Part shown: in pieces, positions 1 to 15,075 of the stretch
How positions within the stretch are numbered: position 1 is the first letter of the stretch
How the letters are laid out: each line of letters starts with the position of its first letter
Origin: Daphnia carinata
Lineage: Eukaryota
Assembly: GCF_022539665.2 (NCBI RefSeq)
Contig: NC_081333.1
Location: forward strand, 2,356,001-2,420,000
Length of the DNA: 64,000 bases
Direction: 5' to 3'
Program-made: the position numbers and the translations under genes
The notes under the pieces: model-generated
Databases searched by the model: none
Seen by the model: only the letters and a program-made list of their open reading frames with translations
Told to the model about the DNA's origin: nothing

Positions 1-3000
1 AAAAAGCAATGAAATTTTAATCAAATCCAGAAATATCGAAGCTTTTGACGACACTTGCCGTTCGCATTAACATTTTCCCGCACGATTAACTCGCTAAATG
101 CATTGAGATTTGAATTCACTCAAAATTCATTTGATTTTTCCTGTCCATATCCAGAATATCAGGATTTAAAACTCCATTAAATACATTAGCAATGTTGCTA
201 ATGCGTGGTGGGGACTTATAGAACCGGTGAATGGATCACTTGTCAATCATAACGATAGGCATTCAAACGATTTTCAATATTCGATGAGAAACGAACAATT
301 AAGCGGAAGGGTTAAAAAAAAAAAAAAAAAAAAAATCACTGATATCTCGACGTTGAATTCTGAACTGAAAAAGCAATGACGTGATAACATTCCATTGTAT
401 CGACAATGAAAATAATTGGGACGCTGACATTTGGACCTGATTTTTTTTTCCGCATTAATTGAACAAGAAAAAAAAAAAAAGATTGCTTATTATAATGCAC
501 TTCATAAAAAAGAATTAACAAAAGACCGCCAAGGTCCGATTTCATGGCAACGGAAAACGAGAGAGAATAAGAATTGAGTAGACACCAACTATATTGATTA
601 ATAGGAACGTTGTCTTTTGACTGCCGCCTTTTGCGGGGTATATTTGCTTTCAAGGCTTTTACGGATCATTAGGTTTAGCTCATTAAAATGCTATTTTTTT
701 ACTCTGATGCGAAAGAGAAAAGACTGCTCGGATGATATTTCTCGTTTCGATCTTCATCGATTCTACAAATAAGCAGCAGCTTTGACCTTTTACGAAGCTG
801 GGATGGGAGGAGGCTTAGGGATTCGACAGCGATGAAGGCGGGATGTTTTGTTTTTAACTTGTAAATGTCATTTTACAACTTGTCAGGTTTCTCGTTTGTG
901 ACATAAGCGCGCATAATTCTATGTTGGACATAGCGTACGAGGCACATGCACGTTTCAGTTGTTTCTTGAAATATGCGAACAAGTTTAAGGAATGCTCGTC
1001 TGCGTTGAACAAAGACGTTTAAATATTTCCATAAGACAATCTGTAAAAGTCCGCCTTCCTAACTTGCGATGTTACGAATGAATGTTGCCAATGAATCTGG
1101 TTACATTCGGCTAAATAAATGTCGACAAAACATTTAATTTTAATGGCCTGTCGTCACAATCAAAAGATTGGAACATACGAATAAGAATTTTTAAGAATGA
1201 ATTCGCCACGTTCATTTATTTTTTTTTTTTTTCGTCTTAATTCCCACTAAATCAAAGTTTCGGTGAGACCAATTTCGTTTCAAAATGGCGCTTACACTAA
1301 CCTCGCACACTTGTCTTTTTTTTCCCGTTACTCCTTGGCCGCACCCTTCTGCAATTTAAAAGTATAAATCAACTTGCTTTTTTTTTTTCAACGACGTAGA
1401 AACTTGGGCGGAATAACGGCCAGAGGCAACAGGATCGCCCTTCTTTCGGCCATTAACTTTCCCCCTCTCCTTTCTATAAAAGAGTTGGCTTGATTTCTCT
1501 CAGTTGGAATCGGCGGATCCTCCTCCGGTCGTCCGGCCCTCCCCATTAAGACATACGACTTCAAGACAAAGAAAACGAACCAAAACACAAAAAAAGAAAA
1601 AAATATTCTAGAAGGAGGAAGCGTGCCCAAGTTGAATAAAGAAACTGGCACGAGACAAAAAAAAAAATTGTGAGCTTTTTCATTGATTACACAGGAGCGC
1701 AGAGGAACGCAGAGTTCCACCCACTCCGGCGTGAACACCTCCCTCCCCACTAGCCCGCGTCTGACAGTTGCTGGGCACAGGGTGCTTCCTTTCCTCCACT
1801 TAGGAACTGCTTAACGGCTCCTGCCATTCAAACGTATAATCACCCTTCATCATGTCTTTGAGCCGACTAGCGAACGTATAGAACAGGCGTTCCTTTATTT
1901 GCACAGCGAACACACACACACACACCCAGATTGATGAAGCTCTTAACTCAGTTTCGCCCTTCCTGCAAAAAAGAAATATCAGTATTTCTTTTTCAACTTT
2001 CTTTTCGAGGTAGATCGATGCCCATCAACGGTATTGATTCAACAAACATTTTCTTGATCGACTGGACGTCAACATATTGATCTCATTCTTACCAGCGATA
2101 GCACAAAAAGTTATAGCCCATCATCCAATCAAAAATGCCAAAGAAATAAGAAAATAGACATCAGCTCTTTCTCAACAAGGCAATAAAAAAGCTTTCGTGC
2201 GTGTGTCTCGTAGTAGTAGAACTTATTATATATACAAAAATCGATGTAACAAGAAGCTAAATATATATCTATATATGTCTAGCGTTTAAAAGAGGCCTAC
2301 AATAATCGGAGAATTGTGACTTGGGTCATCAAACTGGAAAGTCAATAGCGTCACGCAGAAAACAAAAAGTGGACCAGGATGTTATCGTTAAGAGGCCAAC
2401 GCGCACGCAAAAAAGACACGAGTAGAATCATCTAACCAGTGATAACAGTCGGACCTATAAGCTTTGCTCTTCCTTTTTTTTTTTTTAAACACATCTTCGA
2501 TGAAAAGAGAAGTACCACCCCACCAAAAAAAAAAAAAAAAAAAACGTTCATATCTTCCTTCCTTCGTGTCGTCTTGTGCGTGTTTGAGCTTCCCGCGTGG
2601 CTTGGGGGCTCGAGCCATCGATTTTTATTTTTTTTTTTTTGACCGCGTCCAACTGCAAAAGCAAAGCTGAAGCTAAGTACGGTAGGGAAACTAGCTACTT
2701 TTTGCTACTGGATTCTCGGTATGAATGCACTACCATTTTTATTTTTTTTTGTTCTCTCATTCTTTTTGAATCCATAGAGCGCGGCCCATTTTTATTATTA
2801 TTTGTGGAGCGAGCGGTGCGGAAGCGGAAGGGGAATGTCGGCTCGTCACGACGCCGCTTTTGCCGACAACAGCAGTAACAGTCGCGCAGTTTTCTTCTTC
2901 TATATAAACTTTCCCGTTTCTTCCATCATTTTTTTTTTTTTTTTGGAGGGGTGGTGATACGGGGACCGACATGGCAAGCGGATCGAAAGCAGTGGCAACA

Positions 3001-5904
3001 AGCAAATAAAAAATATATATATATTGCGTACGCGGCTGGATTCATCGTCGCGGAAAAACATGAAACTTGTGCTAGATAAAGACCGAAGTTATAAAAAAAA
3101 AAAAAAATAAAATAAAAGAGCAAACAAAAGAAGAGCTTTAAACAAAAATGGGAATCCAAAACAACAAAAAAAAAAAGGAGCAATGAAATATCTCTACGTA
3201 TATCGCAAAGAAAAAGAAAACTGTAGTATATTTCATAATATGTGCTGCTACATCGCAGCCATTTGATGTTTTTAGACATTCATTTTCCTTTTTTTTATTT
3301 ATTATTTTTTTTTTTTTGGCACCATCCCCCCGCTCTATTCCCCCGTCTTCCTTTAATACACTGAAGCTGTGCTGACACACCAGTTCCCCGAACTATTGTC
3401 TGTATAGGCTGTCGCACCATTGAGAAAACTATGTTTATTACGCGTACAATTTTGGGGGAGAAAATAAAAAAAACAAAAACAAAATCATCCGGCCTTCGTG
3501 GCTGGAAAAGAAAAACAAGGCTTCCGTTTATATCCAGAGTTACGTCTTATGGATCTATAGAGCCTATACATATATCGATCCGAAATTGTATGCTGTCACA
3601 ACAGCAGGCCGGTTAAGATACGTATGTTACAAAAGAAGAAAAAAAAACAAAGTCAATAGTCGATATGACAGCTGAAGTTTCTGCTCCTGACTTTTATCAA
3701 AAAAGAGATACTGTAAAAGAAAAGCAGGAAAGAAAGAAGAAAAAAATAATGCTAGGGACTTGTTGCTGAGACTATATCCCGCCGTTAAAGATCGCCTTTT
3801 TTCTCCCTGCCGCACACTTTCATGTGCGTCGATGATGTATAGCCATCGCTGGACATCACCAAAGTTTTGCCCGTGATACACATCTGTGTATCTCTCCTTT
3901 ATATTCGTTCATCTTCTTTCTTTTTCTGGCTATATCTACTTGATTTATACACAACAGGGACACACACACGCACGCAAAAAAAGACGCAGCTGTTCCATAG
4001 CCGCCACTTTAGATCTCCATGTATAAGAAAGGATTTTTTTTTTTTATTTGTTGTTGTTGTATACTCTCCGTCCCGTTATTTATGGCCGTCGACGTAGATA
4101 TACACTCCAGATAGGATTTTCAGCGTTTAAAAAAAAAGGGGGGGGGGAGAACCGACAATGGCCGCCACTCACGCTCTATATACACACACAGACTGGGCAG
4201 TAAATAGCTATGGGCTAGTAGACGGATGCAGCAAAATAAATCAGCTTCAGGAATCATACGATGAAGTATGGGCGTCTATATATCGATTCAAACTTTGTTT
4301 TTTTCCACTCCTGTGTACGTTCACGTATTAACTGCTTCGAGATACAAGAACAAATAGGGTAACAACGTTAAGGCGACACATCGTAGGTGAAAAAAAAAAA
4401 AAAAAAGATTTGAACGGCAAGAGAGAGTAAACAAGAAATCATATTCAGCTGTTTGTTTTCGAGCAAAGAGAGATAAAAAAAAAAAAAAAACAAAGAAAAT
4501 AGCAGCCACTAACTATCTTTTTCTCAATATTTCCGAGGCGGTTGATTGCTGGGCAATGTAAAAACAAAAAACTGCAATCGGGCACATGTCGGCGGCAGAC
4601 CGAATCCCATAAAAACAGGAATGTGATTAGTAAATGTTCACGAAGCGCATGGCCAACAATACGCGACGGAAAGTGAGGGACATGGAAATTGCACAGCAAT
4701 AACAAAAAAAAAGCAAGTGAATGAACGCGGGTGATTATATTATCTTTGTCCAATCTCCCACCCCCCCTTTTTTTTTTTGCTCCTGCATTTATTTTTTTTT
4801 ATTTTTTTATTTTTTAAGAAGACGATCCCGCCGGGATATTAAAGGTATTCTACCGATATCCTTTGGTCAATTTCTATTTTCCTCCCTCAGGCCTTTATTC
4901 AATTTGTTTTCGTTTTTTTTTTAAAGAGAAATTTCCTATCCTTTGGCTTTTTAAAAGAATTTTTCTTTTCAATGCAGTGGGCGAGAGATTGAAGTTCGAA
5001 GAGGATCAACGCAGCGAATTTTGCCTGCGAGCTCACCAGATTGGATCACTATCGTCAACCACGCCCCGTTATGCCCATATAAATCCTCGTCTTTCTCCCC
5101 AAATCCCTTCCAACATCACCCCCCTCCCTCTCATCTCTTTTCTGTTTGTATATCTAATGCAAACACAGAGAGCCTACATGGAACACTTTAACTCGGCTAT
5201 GGCCATGTAAGCGTGGTCATTTTTTTTTTTTAGCTTTTGCCTAACGAAAATAAAAAAAAAGGCGGAAGAAAATGAGGGGAAAAAAAGATGGACGTCTACA
5301 ATTCCGAAAGAATAAAAATAAATGAAATCTGCGCAAAGGCGCAGAAGACGCGGTTTTACAATGCGATTTCGCTGATGGAAGCAAACAACGGAAACCGCTG
5401 TCGCCAGCGTGATCAGCAGATGTTACGGCTTTTGCGGAAGACGTGCGTGCATATAGACGATTGGGTAACCTATCCCGTAACTCAGTGCGACAACAACGAC
5501 CTAGCCAAAGAATTGGCCATTTCAACATGAAGAAAATATCAAATCAAACCAACAAAGTCATCACATTCGAAAAAGGTGATTCACCTTTCACGTTTGTCAC
5601 GAACGAGAAACCGAAATAAAGAAACAACCGGATGGCCAGAGCCATACCGAAATACACGGGGGAAAAAAAAATACTACCTCACGTATTGGCTTATACAAAT
5701 ATAAACGACATTGACGTGTGTGTGTCTGTGTGTGAGCTCCATCTCTGTCGTCAAGGGAATTTTCTCTGCGCCCGCCGGATGGATCCATCACGAAAATACA
5801 AAAGAAAAAAAAGGAGAAGATCAACCATCGATTGCATCTGGCCATCAATGTCACCCGCGTCCCAAGCAAAAAAAAAAAAAAAAGAAAAGAAAAAGAAAAG
5901 TTAC

Positions 5905-7786
5905 GTAGACTAGAAAACTGAAAGATTTTCTTTCCGCCAGTGACGGATGCTGGCCATGGCGATAGGCACAAGATGGACCCCCTCGGATTGCGGCGATATT
6001 GACGATGGTACCATCCCTACGCAAGGAAGCCTGACGTGCTGTCTCATTTGACCGGATGACGTTCTGTAAGGAGGAACTAGTCAGAAACGGATGGGGTCTA
6101 AGGAACGCGGCATTTTCGAGCGCTAATCGCATCTTGTTTTGATTCCATTCCATCCCAGTCTCCTCTTCCGCTCCAAATCAATTCGGCCGCAACCATCCAG
6201 CACAGTCAACTTATAATAGCTTTCCCGCTTTCAACAATTCTACGCATGTAGTGGAGGCGACGGAGTGAAATGTTTTTTTTTCTACATTCAAAACATCTGT
6301 TGCAGTGAGGCAAAGCAAACAATTAAAACGATTCAAGTAGCAAACAAAAGCGAAATTCTGTTGGCAAAATGGAAAATGTCTCGAGTCAAGCCTCAAACTT
6401 GCCTGTAATGAAAGAAAAAGCTACACGACAGTAGGGCCTTTTCTCACGCGTTGTCAAAGAATCTCCTACACCAAAGGATTATGAAGGCGACGATTAAAAC
6501 AAAAAAGGAACAAAATAAAAAGGATCAACTTCTCGTCATCACAAACAATCTATATCCTAATGCTTTTTTAGTCCTTATTCCACTCGACTCGCGTACCCAA
6601 ACGTTGCGACTCCGGCGGATATCGACATCCGCCTGAGCAAACATACAAAAGCGAACGAAAGGAAAAAAGTGATTAGCACTAGCCAAGTGTGGGTGTGTTA
6701 TATGTATCTAAATACACGTACACGAATGATGTGTGTAGATGTAGTATTATAAACAAACGAGAGCTGCATACATGTACGCATACATGTACGTTCGCACACA
6801 CACACACACAGTGTGTCCTAGAACAGCAGCATCTCATCCAATTTATTAGAAATCTCCCCGAGGAGCAACGCTGAGAAATGAGAGAACAAAAACAAGGCGA
6901 AAAAAAAAGTAAAAACAATTTTTCTAAACAAGAGTTCGATATTTCTTATTGGAAGTGGCCCGGAAAAAAAAAAACAACCAACAAAATAGCTGCATGTGTA
7001 AAGACGTGATAAAAGTTGATCGCTTTGAGATGAATGAGGCCGAAAAAAAGGGGGAAAATGATTGGGAAAGAGAGTGTTTTCTACCTATACGAAAATGGCA
7101 ATTAGAGTCTTCCGACATGTAAACACAAGTTGAGAATACAAGATGGATGAGCACCATGAAATGTTTGAGTACGTGATACACTAACTTCCGTTCTTGACAC
7201 TATGACAAGAGGCTAGGGAGAAAATAAACAAGCAATTTCTCAGAAAAAGAAATGCCGCGTCGTTTTCGTTCGTAAATTTACACAAATCAAATCGGCAAAA
7301 GTTAGGAGATGATTGTCGTCTGCGTTACCCAGAACAAACAGAAAAGAAGTCGAGTGATTCTAATTGCATCAAGTTTGCCATTGGTAAACTGAATTTTCGT
7401 ACCACCGGGTTTCATCGGTTTCAATTAGCCTAACTTTGAACCCAAGTTTGTGACGGTTGCTGGGCTACTTCGACGGGCACAGTGATTATGTTGGGCGATC
7501 AATGCAACTCCAGGCTGATACCTACACATCGAGTGGGTCACCACTCGACATTTCAAGTGTGAAAATCGTCAAATGAAAAAAGATTTCGCGTCAAAAACCG
7601 AAACTTTTTTTTTGTGCGTAGCTTGGCCACGCTAAAAATGTTTGCCTATTCTGATTAAACGAGATAGTTTCACAAAGTCAAAATTCGCTCTGACAGGCAC
7701 ACAGCCTGGGTCCCGTAACCCAACATTTATGCAATAGTTAGGCCAGCAAATGAGAAAGTCACTCACCATATTAGCCCAGACCAACA
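5905..7786 (-). other. Probable 5' exons (uORF-containing leader or N-terminus) of an unidentified gene extending leftward
   Basis: Minus-strand donor ATG|GTGAGT near 7766, a polypyrimidine acceptor ctttttctttcattacag before 6402, and a donor CTAC|GTAACT near 5905. The exon holds a 100-codon ORF (MEWNQNK..., 6153) with no recognisable homology. Confidence 0.35.
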
Positions 7787-8744
7787 TGGCCGCCGCCGTA
7801 TTTCGGGTAGTACCTCGTGTCAGCAGATAGTTTCATTTCAGCACCAAATAGAATCACAAAACCACTCACAATTATCTTTACATCTTTAAATCATTTAACC
7901 CATGAATTGGCACATTTAGTGGGCAGTTCTTCAATTGTCTATTGTAAATGTTTCTTTACTTTGAAATTACGAGCACTACGTTCTTCCATGACCGAGTCGT
8001 TACCTCGTTTCGCGCCGAATGAACTTCATGGCGCAGAGGAGGCCTTAAGTCGACTTCGCTATCTTTGTCAGATTTTTTTAATGAAATTTCAATGTTCAAT
8101 TACACATAAAATAAATGCCAAATTAATTCATAAATTTCATTTTCAATTTACTACACACAATTTCGTAAATCAATTTTGATAACTGTTAATTGCATGAATC
8201 AAGGCAACGCTACGTCAGACGCTATTTCGCCATAGTGCCATACAGTTTGAAAATGTAAAATGGATTCCGTTTCACTGGAAATCGAGGTGTTGAATTTTTG
8301 TGAAAAATCAACAACGTGATACTAGTATGTGATATCAATTACATAACTATAAATAAATTCCACCAATGTGTGATTAAGCTTGCATCAAAAGTAAGAAAGG
8401 TATTTCATCATAATTTTAATGAGATCTTAGCAATTTGATTGGGTGAAACTAATTAAAAGACAAACTGTTGCATGCTCTCTTTTGTTAGGGGGTAGAGTAT
8501 AAACGACCCTGCATCACTAGGTGTTGCTATGCTGTACGCAATAACACCCTATCTTTATTGATAGAATAGAAGCTACTTTGGCCCCTGTGATTCCCGCGGG
8601 CGTGACCGGTTTCCGACGCACGTCAATCTCGATGTAGCTTGATGTTATACTCTGTATCGAGCTCTCCTGCCAACAGCCAGTACAGAACTAATGCACATAA
8701 ACTATTACGTTAATAATAATAAACGCTATTCGTTTAACTTACAG

Positions 8745-11700
8745 ATGCCCTTATGGACAGGCTTGCCTTTTGTCGACTCGGTAAAAGCATTTCGCAAACA
8801 ACATAGAACTTGGGCATCTTATGCAAGATGCATTTCATGAATATTTTTTGTCCTCGAATATCTTGTGACAACAATGCTGTTGTCATGACGGAGCTAAAAG
8901 AGGGTGTGGTATTTTCCCTAACTCCGAGACGTTGACGATTGAAAACGTCTGTTGGACAAGATTCGTTGACAACGTTGATACGGTAAGTATTTTTTCAAGT
9001 TTTTGTTAGTACAACCAATGCTTACTTTGAGTTATTGGCTCATCGTAAACCGCGACGAAGGAGATTTGTTGTAACGAATAGAATTGCTATATTATCAGGT
9101 GTCCGTCACGTCTGTGGCAACTGCATCCAGTTTCACAGTGCAATAGGATCTCAATCGCTCATTATTAAACTTGCATGTTGATTACTCCAAACAATCAGTA
9201 TTTCATAATTAGCAGATATTCAGAAAAGATGAATTCACAAGAGGCATGTTGATTCAAATGAGTTCCCACGGCGATGATTTCATGCAATCTTACCATCTAG
9301 TCAAAGTTGAATGAAATAGCTTTAAAATCTAACTAAAATTTACGTATGATGGCATAATTGGGTCAGGAAGCCATTCAGCGTGAAAAGGGCTTTATTATTA
9401 ACGATGAAACATAAGCCTAAGCTAACGTTTTAAACTTTTCATGACATTTGCGAATGTTGCGTGATAACGAACGAATCCATATTGATCGCCTTAAACCGCC
9501 AATAAGAACACTGTAAGACAAACTCACTGAACAAACTTAACTCTTGTGACAGCCTTCGTTTACACTGCCTATAATTCAAGCAAATCAGTGCCGACTTTGT
9601 GGCAACCATTACTCTCTTTTACCAACACCGTTCTAGATAATCGAAGGCGAAAAGCCTTTACTTGTTTTCTTTCCTCTTTATTATTTTACGGTTTACTTAT
9701 TTTCTTGACTGGTGAACGACTTTTGCTGCAATTCATTTACCATGCATATTAAATTGCTATATTTTTCTTTGATCCGTCAGCTAATAAACAACTAAAGCCC
9801 CGCCGAGGCATTGATAGATTTGCCACATCAGTTGCTGTCACTTTCCCAATTTTTCATACTTACGTTCAAAACTCGTATAAGAGAATATTTAAATTTTAAA
9901 GGACGTTGCATATTGTGGTGTTACGGGCCTGAATGAGTGTTATTGATTTGACACGTTTGCAATGAAGCAAAACACATTTACCGATGAAATGTAGTAATCG
10001 AATTTTGTTTTTCAGTCATCTGTTTTGTGAACTTAAAGATCTTCTTTTTCATTTAGGAGGGGGATTTTCCTTGTCATCAGCATGGGCACAGTCGTTCATC
10101 AAGAGCTCTCGAATGACTTGCATCACCCCGCAAAACATTTCCAGCCACTAAGGTAAGAACAATTTCAACTTTTATTTACGCTGTCCTTTTCACCCCGTCC
10201 AGCTTAATTTTGCATGCAAATATTTTAAAAAATGGACGATAGCGCAGTTGCGTTTAATGTTTCACGATTTATTCGGGGAAAAAAACGAAAGGCTTTATGT
10301 ATCAAAGAATGGATGTTCTCGTTGCACCGGCTGCTAGTTATGAGACTTTTAAACGGATTTATTTTTTTTCCATCCGTTTATTTCATCCCCGTTGTCTCGA
10401 TAGCTTCGTTTATGTACATGTGTGATTGTGCTAGCGCGTGCATATGGGCGTTGGCGTGCATTTTATCAATATGACGATACTGAGAGAAAGAGAGAAGGGC
10501 TTTCAACAGAATGCCAAACAAAAAAAAAAATTCGCGTCTCTCTTTACTGTATCGCCCCGCCCTGAAAAATGCATGGCATCCGTTGATATATCCCATATGG
10601 ATTTTCTCTTTTCGAAGGCCCATATAGACACACAAGTGAAACAGCTCTCGGTGGACTTAGGTCCTGTGTTTGGACTCTCTTTCGTTTTTCTTTTCCTAGT
10701 GAAAATGACGGATCGGGTTGAGCTTCTAAAAAGTCAAAAGCTCAGCATTGTCGCATTGATCTGGTTTAGCAACTGTGCGTGTGTAGCACACGCGAATATA
10801 TAGTGCCCTCTCTGACACGACAAACGGGTCGTGCTTGTATTTTTATATGAACCGGCACACACGTATAGCACGTATACCGTAAAAAGAGGTACTTGCCTTG
10901 CGAGCCGGAGATTTTTCCTTGTCGTTTTTTAACGTACCTAAAACACGTACACACGCGTATACACGAAGCACAGAGGCACGCACACACACAGAGAAACACT
11001 GCAACACGCACAGGGTCGTTTTTTTTTTTTTTTTACACGCAGCCCCAGCGAATTGTTTGTTCGATAACTAGCGTCTAAGGTAGAATGTTTTTTCGATTTA
11101 GCGCAAGTTAGGGACAATCCGGAGATTGAAAATTAGGAGGCGTCAAAAAAACAGAATGGACTGTTGAATAAACGCGGTCGTATAAAAGAAAGGACAAATG
11201 TTTACCGAGCGCTGCTGATCGCACGTCAGCGGTCGTTCGACCCCATCCATGACTCCTTTTTTGTGTTGCCGTCTCGAGGTGTTTACAGGTCCTTCCGGTC
11301 GTTGATATAAAAAGAATTATAGCGTCCGATAGTGGTAGCGAGAAAACCCACACTTGAATACATGTATAGTAGAACGGGCAAAGAAAAGTAAACGTAGTGC
11401 TCCCTTTTGTGGCTCACTTACGCCCCGCTGTGTGTGTGCACTTATACGACCGCCAGTTTAAATTGAACCATCCGATGAAAGCAGAGTCCGCAAACATTGG
11501 GGCACTCAACAACGCATGAAACACAAATAAACCAACACTTTGTTGTTGTTCCCTTTTTACTGGCTAAAGGACTACTCTTTTTGTCCTCCTATTTTTTTGC
11601 ACTCGATTTCTTAGAATGGATTAATTCGGTTTCAGAACAAACGAAAAAACTGGCCTGAGAAAACTAACCAGCTCACCGCTTAGCTGTTAAAAAAGAAAAA

Positions 11701-14700
11701 CGGTCGGGATTTCGTTTGGTTATAGTGCCCTCTTCGCACAGAGAAACCATAGAACACGAACGTATCTGAGCCTCTCCTGCATGAAGGGCAGGGCGTCTAT
11801 GAAGGGCTCGGAATGGAATCCGCACCAGGAGTTAGCGTGAAAGCTCCCTCTTTTCCTTCTTTTTTCCCTTTCTTTTCTGAGCTATATATAAAAAAAAAAA
11901 GCAAATGGGGTTTCCGTGGCGCGCATGTCCGCGTCGTTTTGAATCCAGTCAGACGAAAAACGATGGCTCCTCCTCCCCCCCAACCGTCTTTCCATCCGGG
12001 ACACACACATCTCGGTTTACAGAACGAGGTAAAGGCCCTGGATGTTGAACGGACATTCCACGCGCCATTCGAATCGATAGGAAGCGAACAACACATTTCG
12101 ATTCACTTATTTACATACGCACCTGAGTCATATAGGGACCAACACATTTTCGCTTTGAAAATGACTTTTCCTTTCTCGATTATCTGACAGTCGGTTTCCC
12201 GGCCGGAGGAAATCAACCCCTCTGGTGTGCAACTTAAGAGCCTACATCTCGTTAAAGAAAAAGCATCCGTTTGAATGATTTGTTTGTATACAACAGCACA
12301 TAGAAAGAAGAAAAAAACTCGAGAAGATTGTCCTCTACGCAACAAGCTCGTCTAAAACCTTGTTCTCAGCTGCCCCGAGGATTTGTTATTGGCTCATTAC
12401 TTTCCACGTTTTTTTTTTTTTTTTTTACTTGAGAGATATGCGCAAAACTCTTGTTTTCCTTGTTCGTTTAACAATGAGAGAAACCTGCTCGTTGCATTAG
12501 ATAAAATAATACTGTGTCACGAGTTATACGTTCGCTCACGCCCCGCTTGTAACCTCTCCGCTTTGAAACGGTCAGACACTGGGTGGGATGCGACTCTTCC
12601 GAGCGGAAATCAATAATCTTAACTGGGCGCCGTGTACATCTGTCGGCATGTGTATATGCAGTTGTATCTGCATATTATTGTAAATAGGATACGCATATAT
12701 ATATATGTGTGTATGCCGCACACACTTTTTCAGCTGCCCGATTCTTATGTATACCCTTCAACTTCACTCGTCCATCTGATGAGTGGCACCACGGGGTCAT
12801 AGAAGACGACAAGCTACGGATTGCAGGTATATAGTGAAGTTCAGGATAATAACGTATGTACCCAACAAGATTCCAAAATAGCACGTTTAAGCTTCCATTG
12901 TTCGTCTAACTGCTCTTCAACGTATGGATATACTCCTAACCGAATAGGCCCGTGAATCACAAGTTTCGAACAAAGACTGAACGTACATCAACAACAACTC
13001 CCCCTCCTCTAAAAAAATCACCATCGCTAATGCGGATGAATTCCGCTAGCAGAAGCACAGACTCTTCTTTTTGCTTATATATCTTTGCTTTTTTTTCCTT
13101 TTAAAGGGAGATGAAGTTTACGTGGAAACACGGACGAATGTTTTTGAACCACTCTCATGCATGGCGAACTCTTTCCGGTTGTTCGAAGCCATCTCATTAA
13201 CCTGGTCGACCTGCTTTTCATGTCGTCTGTCGTCCCTTTTGAGTATTAACTGGATACCGTGTCCTGATTCTATTGTGCTCCATCGTTACACCTGATGCAA
13301 AGCGACGCGGCTTTGAAAAATCCCTACACAAACCGCAATGTCCATGGCTTCCTATTCAAATAGGAACAATACGACCTGCTACATGCAAAATGCAAAGCTG
13401 ATAAATAAATTGGCCCCGTTGAAATGAGTAATAAGCACGACAATGTCAGTTGAACCATTTTGAAAAGCGTCATCGTTTAATCACGAAACCAGAGCGAAAC
13501 AGGCCAGACGAGGGTTTGTGCAAACAAATGCTTCGGTGTCGATTCTTGGTCGTGATGGGAATTTCGCATAGGAACAACGCTTCTATTTATAGTGGAGATC
13601 GTTTGAACTACTCGCGAGAAAATGGAGCGACTGAAAGCCTTTTTCATATAAACAGGAAAGAGTACAAAAAAAGAAAATGGGGCATTTTTGAGGAAATTGT
13701 GTGGGGAAGTGGGCCGTATGTGTGCAAACGCAAAGTTCCACCTTTGAGAGCTTTAATCATTTATTGACGATCAGCAACGAGAAGAGCGAGTGAGTGAATT
13801 AAGAATTTATTCATTCGCTGTATATTTATACGGTCTGCCGCTGTACACCCACTCCAGTGCCGACTGAACTCTGCTTGGACATCTGAACACTGTGCCCTCG
13901 CAGACAGCTTTTGTCAAACAAAGACTGGAGTTTAGAACAAAAACAAAACAAAAAAAATGCCTTGCTTTTCATCAACTCGTTCGCCATTTTGAATAGTTCA
14001 GTAGAGCTGTTTGTTTTTTGCCTGTTTAAAAGTTTCTCATTCGTTTCAATCTGTTAACTTTACTACGTTTTTGTAGGTTGCCAGGCGTGTGATTGACGGT
14101 GCTTCTGAATCCTGGTATCCTGCCTCATCATGTTGATTACGTTGATAAACTGTTGAGCTCCCTTTACAACAACAAGCCGACATCCAGTATGGATTCTTTC
14201 GGCCGGAGACGACAACAACAACATGAACAAGGACAATATATAGGAAAATAAAGCAAAGTCATTTCGCAGACAACATCACGACCAGACCGGATGCCATCTA
14301 GCAGCGTGAAACGGAAATGAAGTCACTGACAGCAACGTAAATCAACAGCAAATCGACTTGGAAAAATAACTTCTCGGGCTCATCGAGGGAAAAGGTAATC
14401 GATGTTGGCGCTCTCTTTTTTTTAAGTCTGCAGCCCATTTCTTTCGTTTATGTTAAGAGTACACATATACAGCAAGCCCGAAAAAGGGAACCAGTTCGTC
14501 TTTTTGGGGGATGTTTAAGGTCTCTACCTCCCACACAGCGCAACCAGTTGCAAGTCACGATGACTATTTCTTTTTTTGCTCACGTCTTTGCGTTTGGCAA
14601 TTATTGTCTTTAGTTGAAAAATAGCCTCGACCCAATTTTTTTGTTTGTGTCATTTGTATATTTCTTTAAATTTTTCCTTTTTCGCAGGCTCACCAGCAAG

Positions 14701-14750
14701 TCCTCTTTTCTAAAACGGGGAAACATTCAAATAGGAAGAAATCGTATAAA
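8745..14750 (+). ncRNA. Putative spliced lncRNA or long 5'UTR, divergent from the gene starting near 7.8-8 kb
   Basis: Paired canonical splice sites define exons 8745-8982, 10057-10152, 14077-14394 and 14688-. Only short ORFs (about 30 aa or less) were found in the joined exons. No expression evidence. Confidence 0.35.
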
Positions 14751-15075
14751 AGCAAATTGCGTTCGTGGTACATAGGCGTTTCTGAAAGCAACTTATTTGG
14801 CAGTTCCCATTCAACTATCGGCGCTAAACCGATCATGGATTCAGCTAGTATATAGCTAGGGAATTGAAACTTAAATTTGCTTCAAGATCAAGGCAAAACA
14901 AGACGAAAAATTAGCTCACAAGTTCAGCTAGGAACGGAAGGCCACACCCTCACGGAAGCGGCATTGGATACCATAATGCCATCTGCCGAGTTATAGTATA
15001 ACGGATAAAAACGTAAAACAAAGCTATTCAATCACACAGTAAAGACAAAAAAAATGAAACGCTTTCGCTAAACAT

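Noticed and set aside
1820..1890. Possible pre-miRNA hairpin with repeated AACGTATA
   Set aside because: Pairing is weak and interrupted, and I recognise no known mature miRNA in it.
336..5971. Many 60-120 aa ORFs rich in poly-Phe/poly-Lys
   Set aside because: Artefacts of poly-T/poly-A tracts in intronic DNA, often with non-ATG starts.
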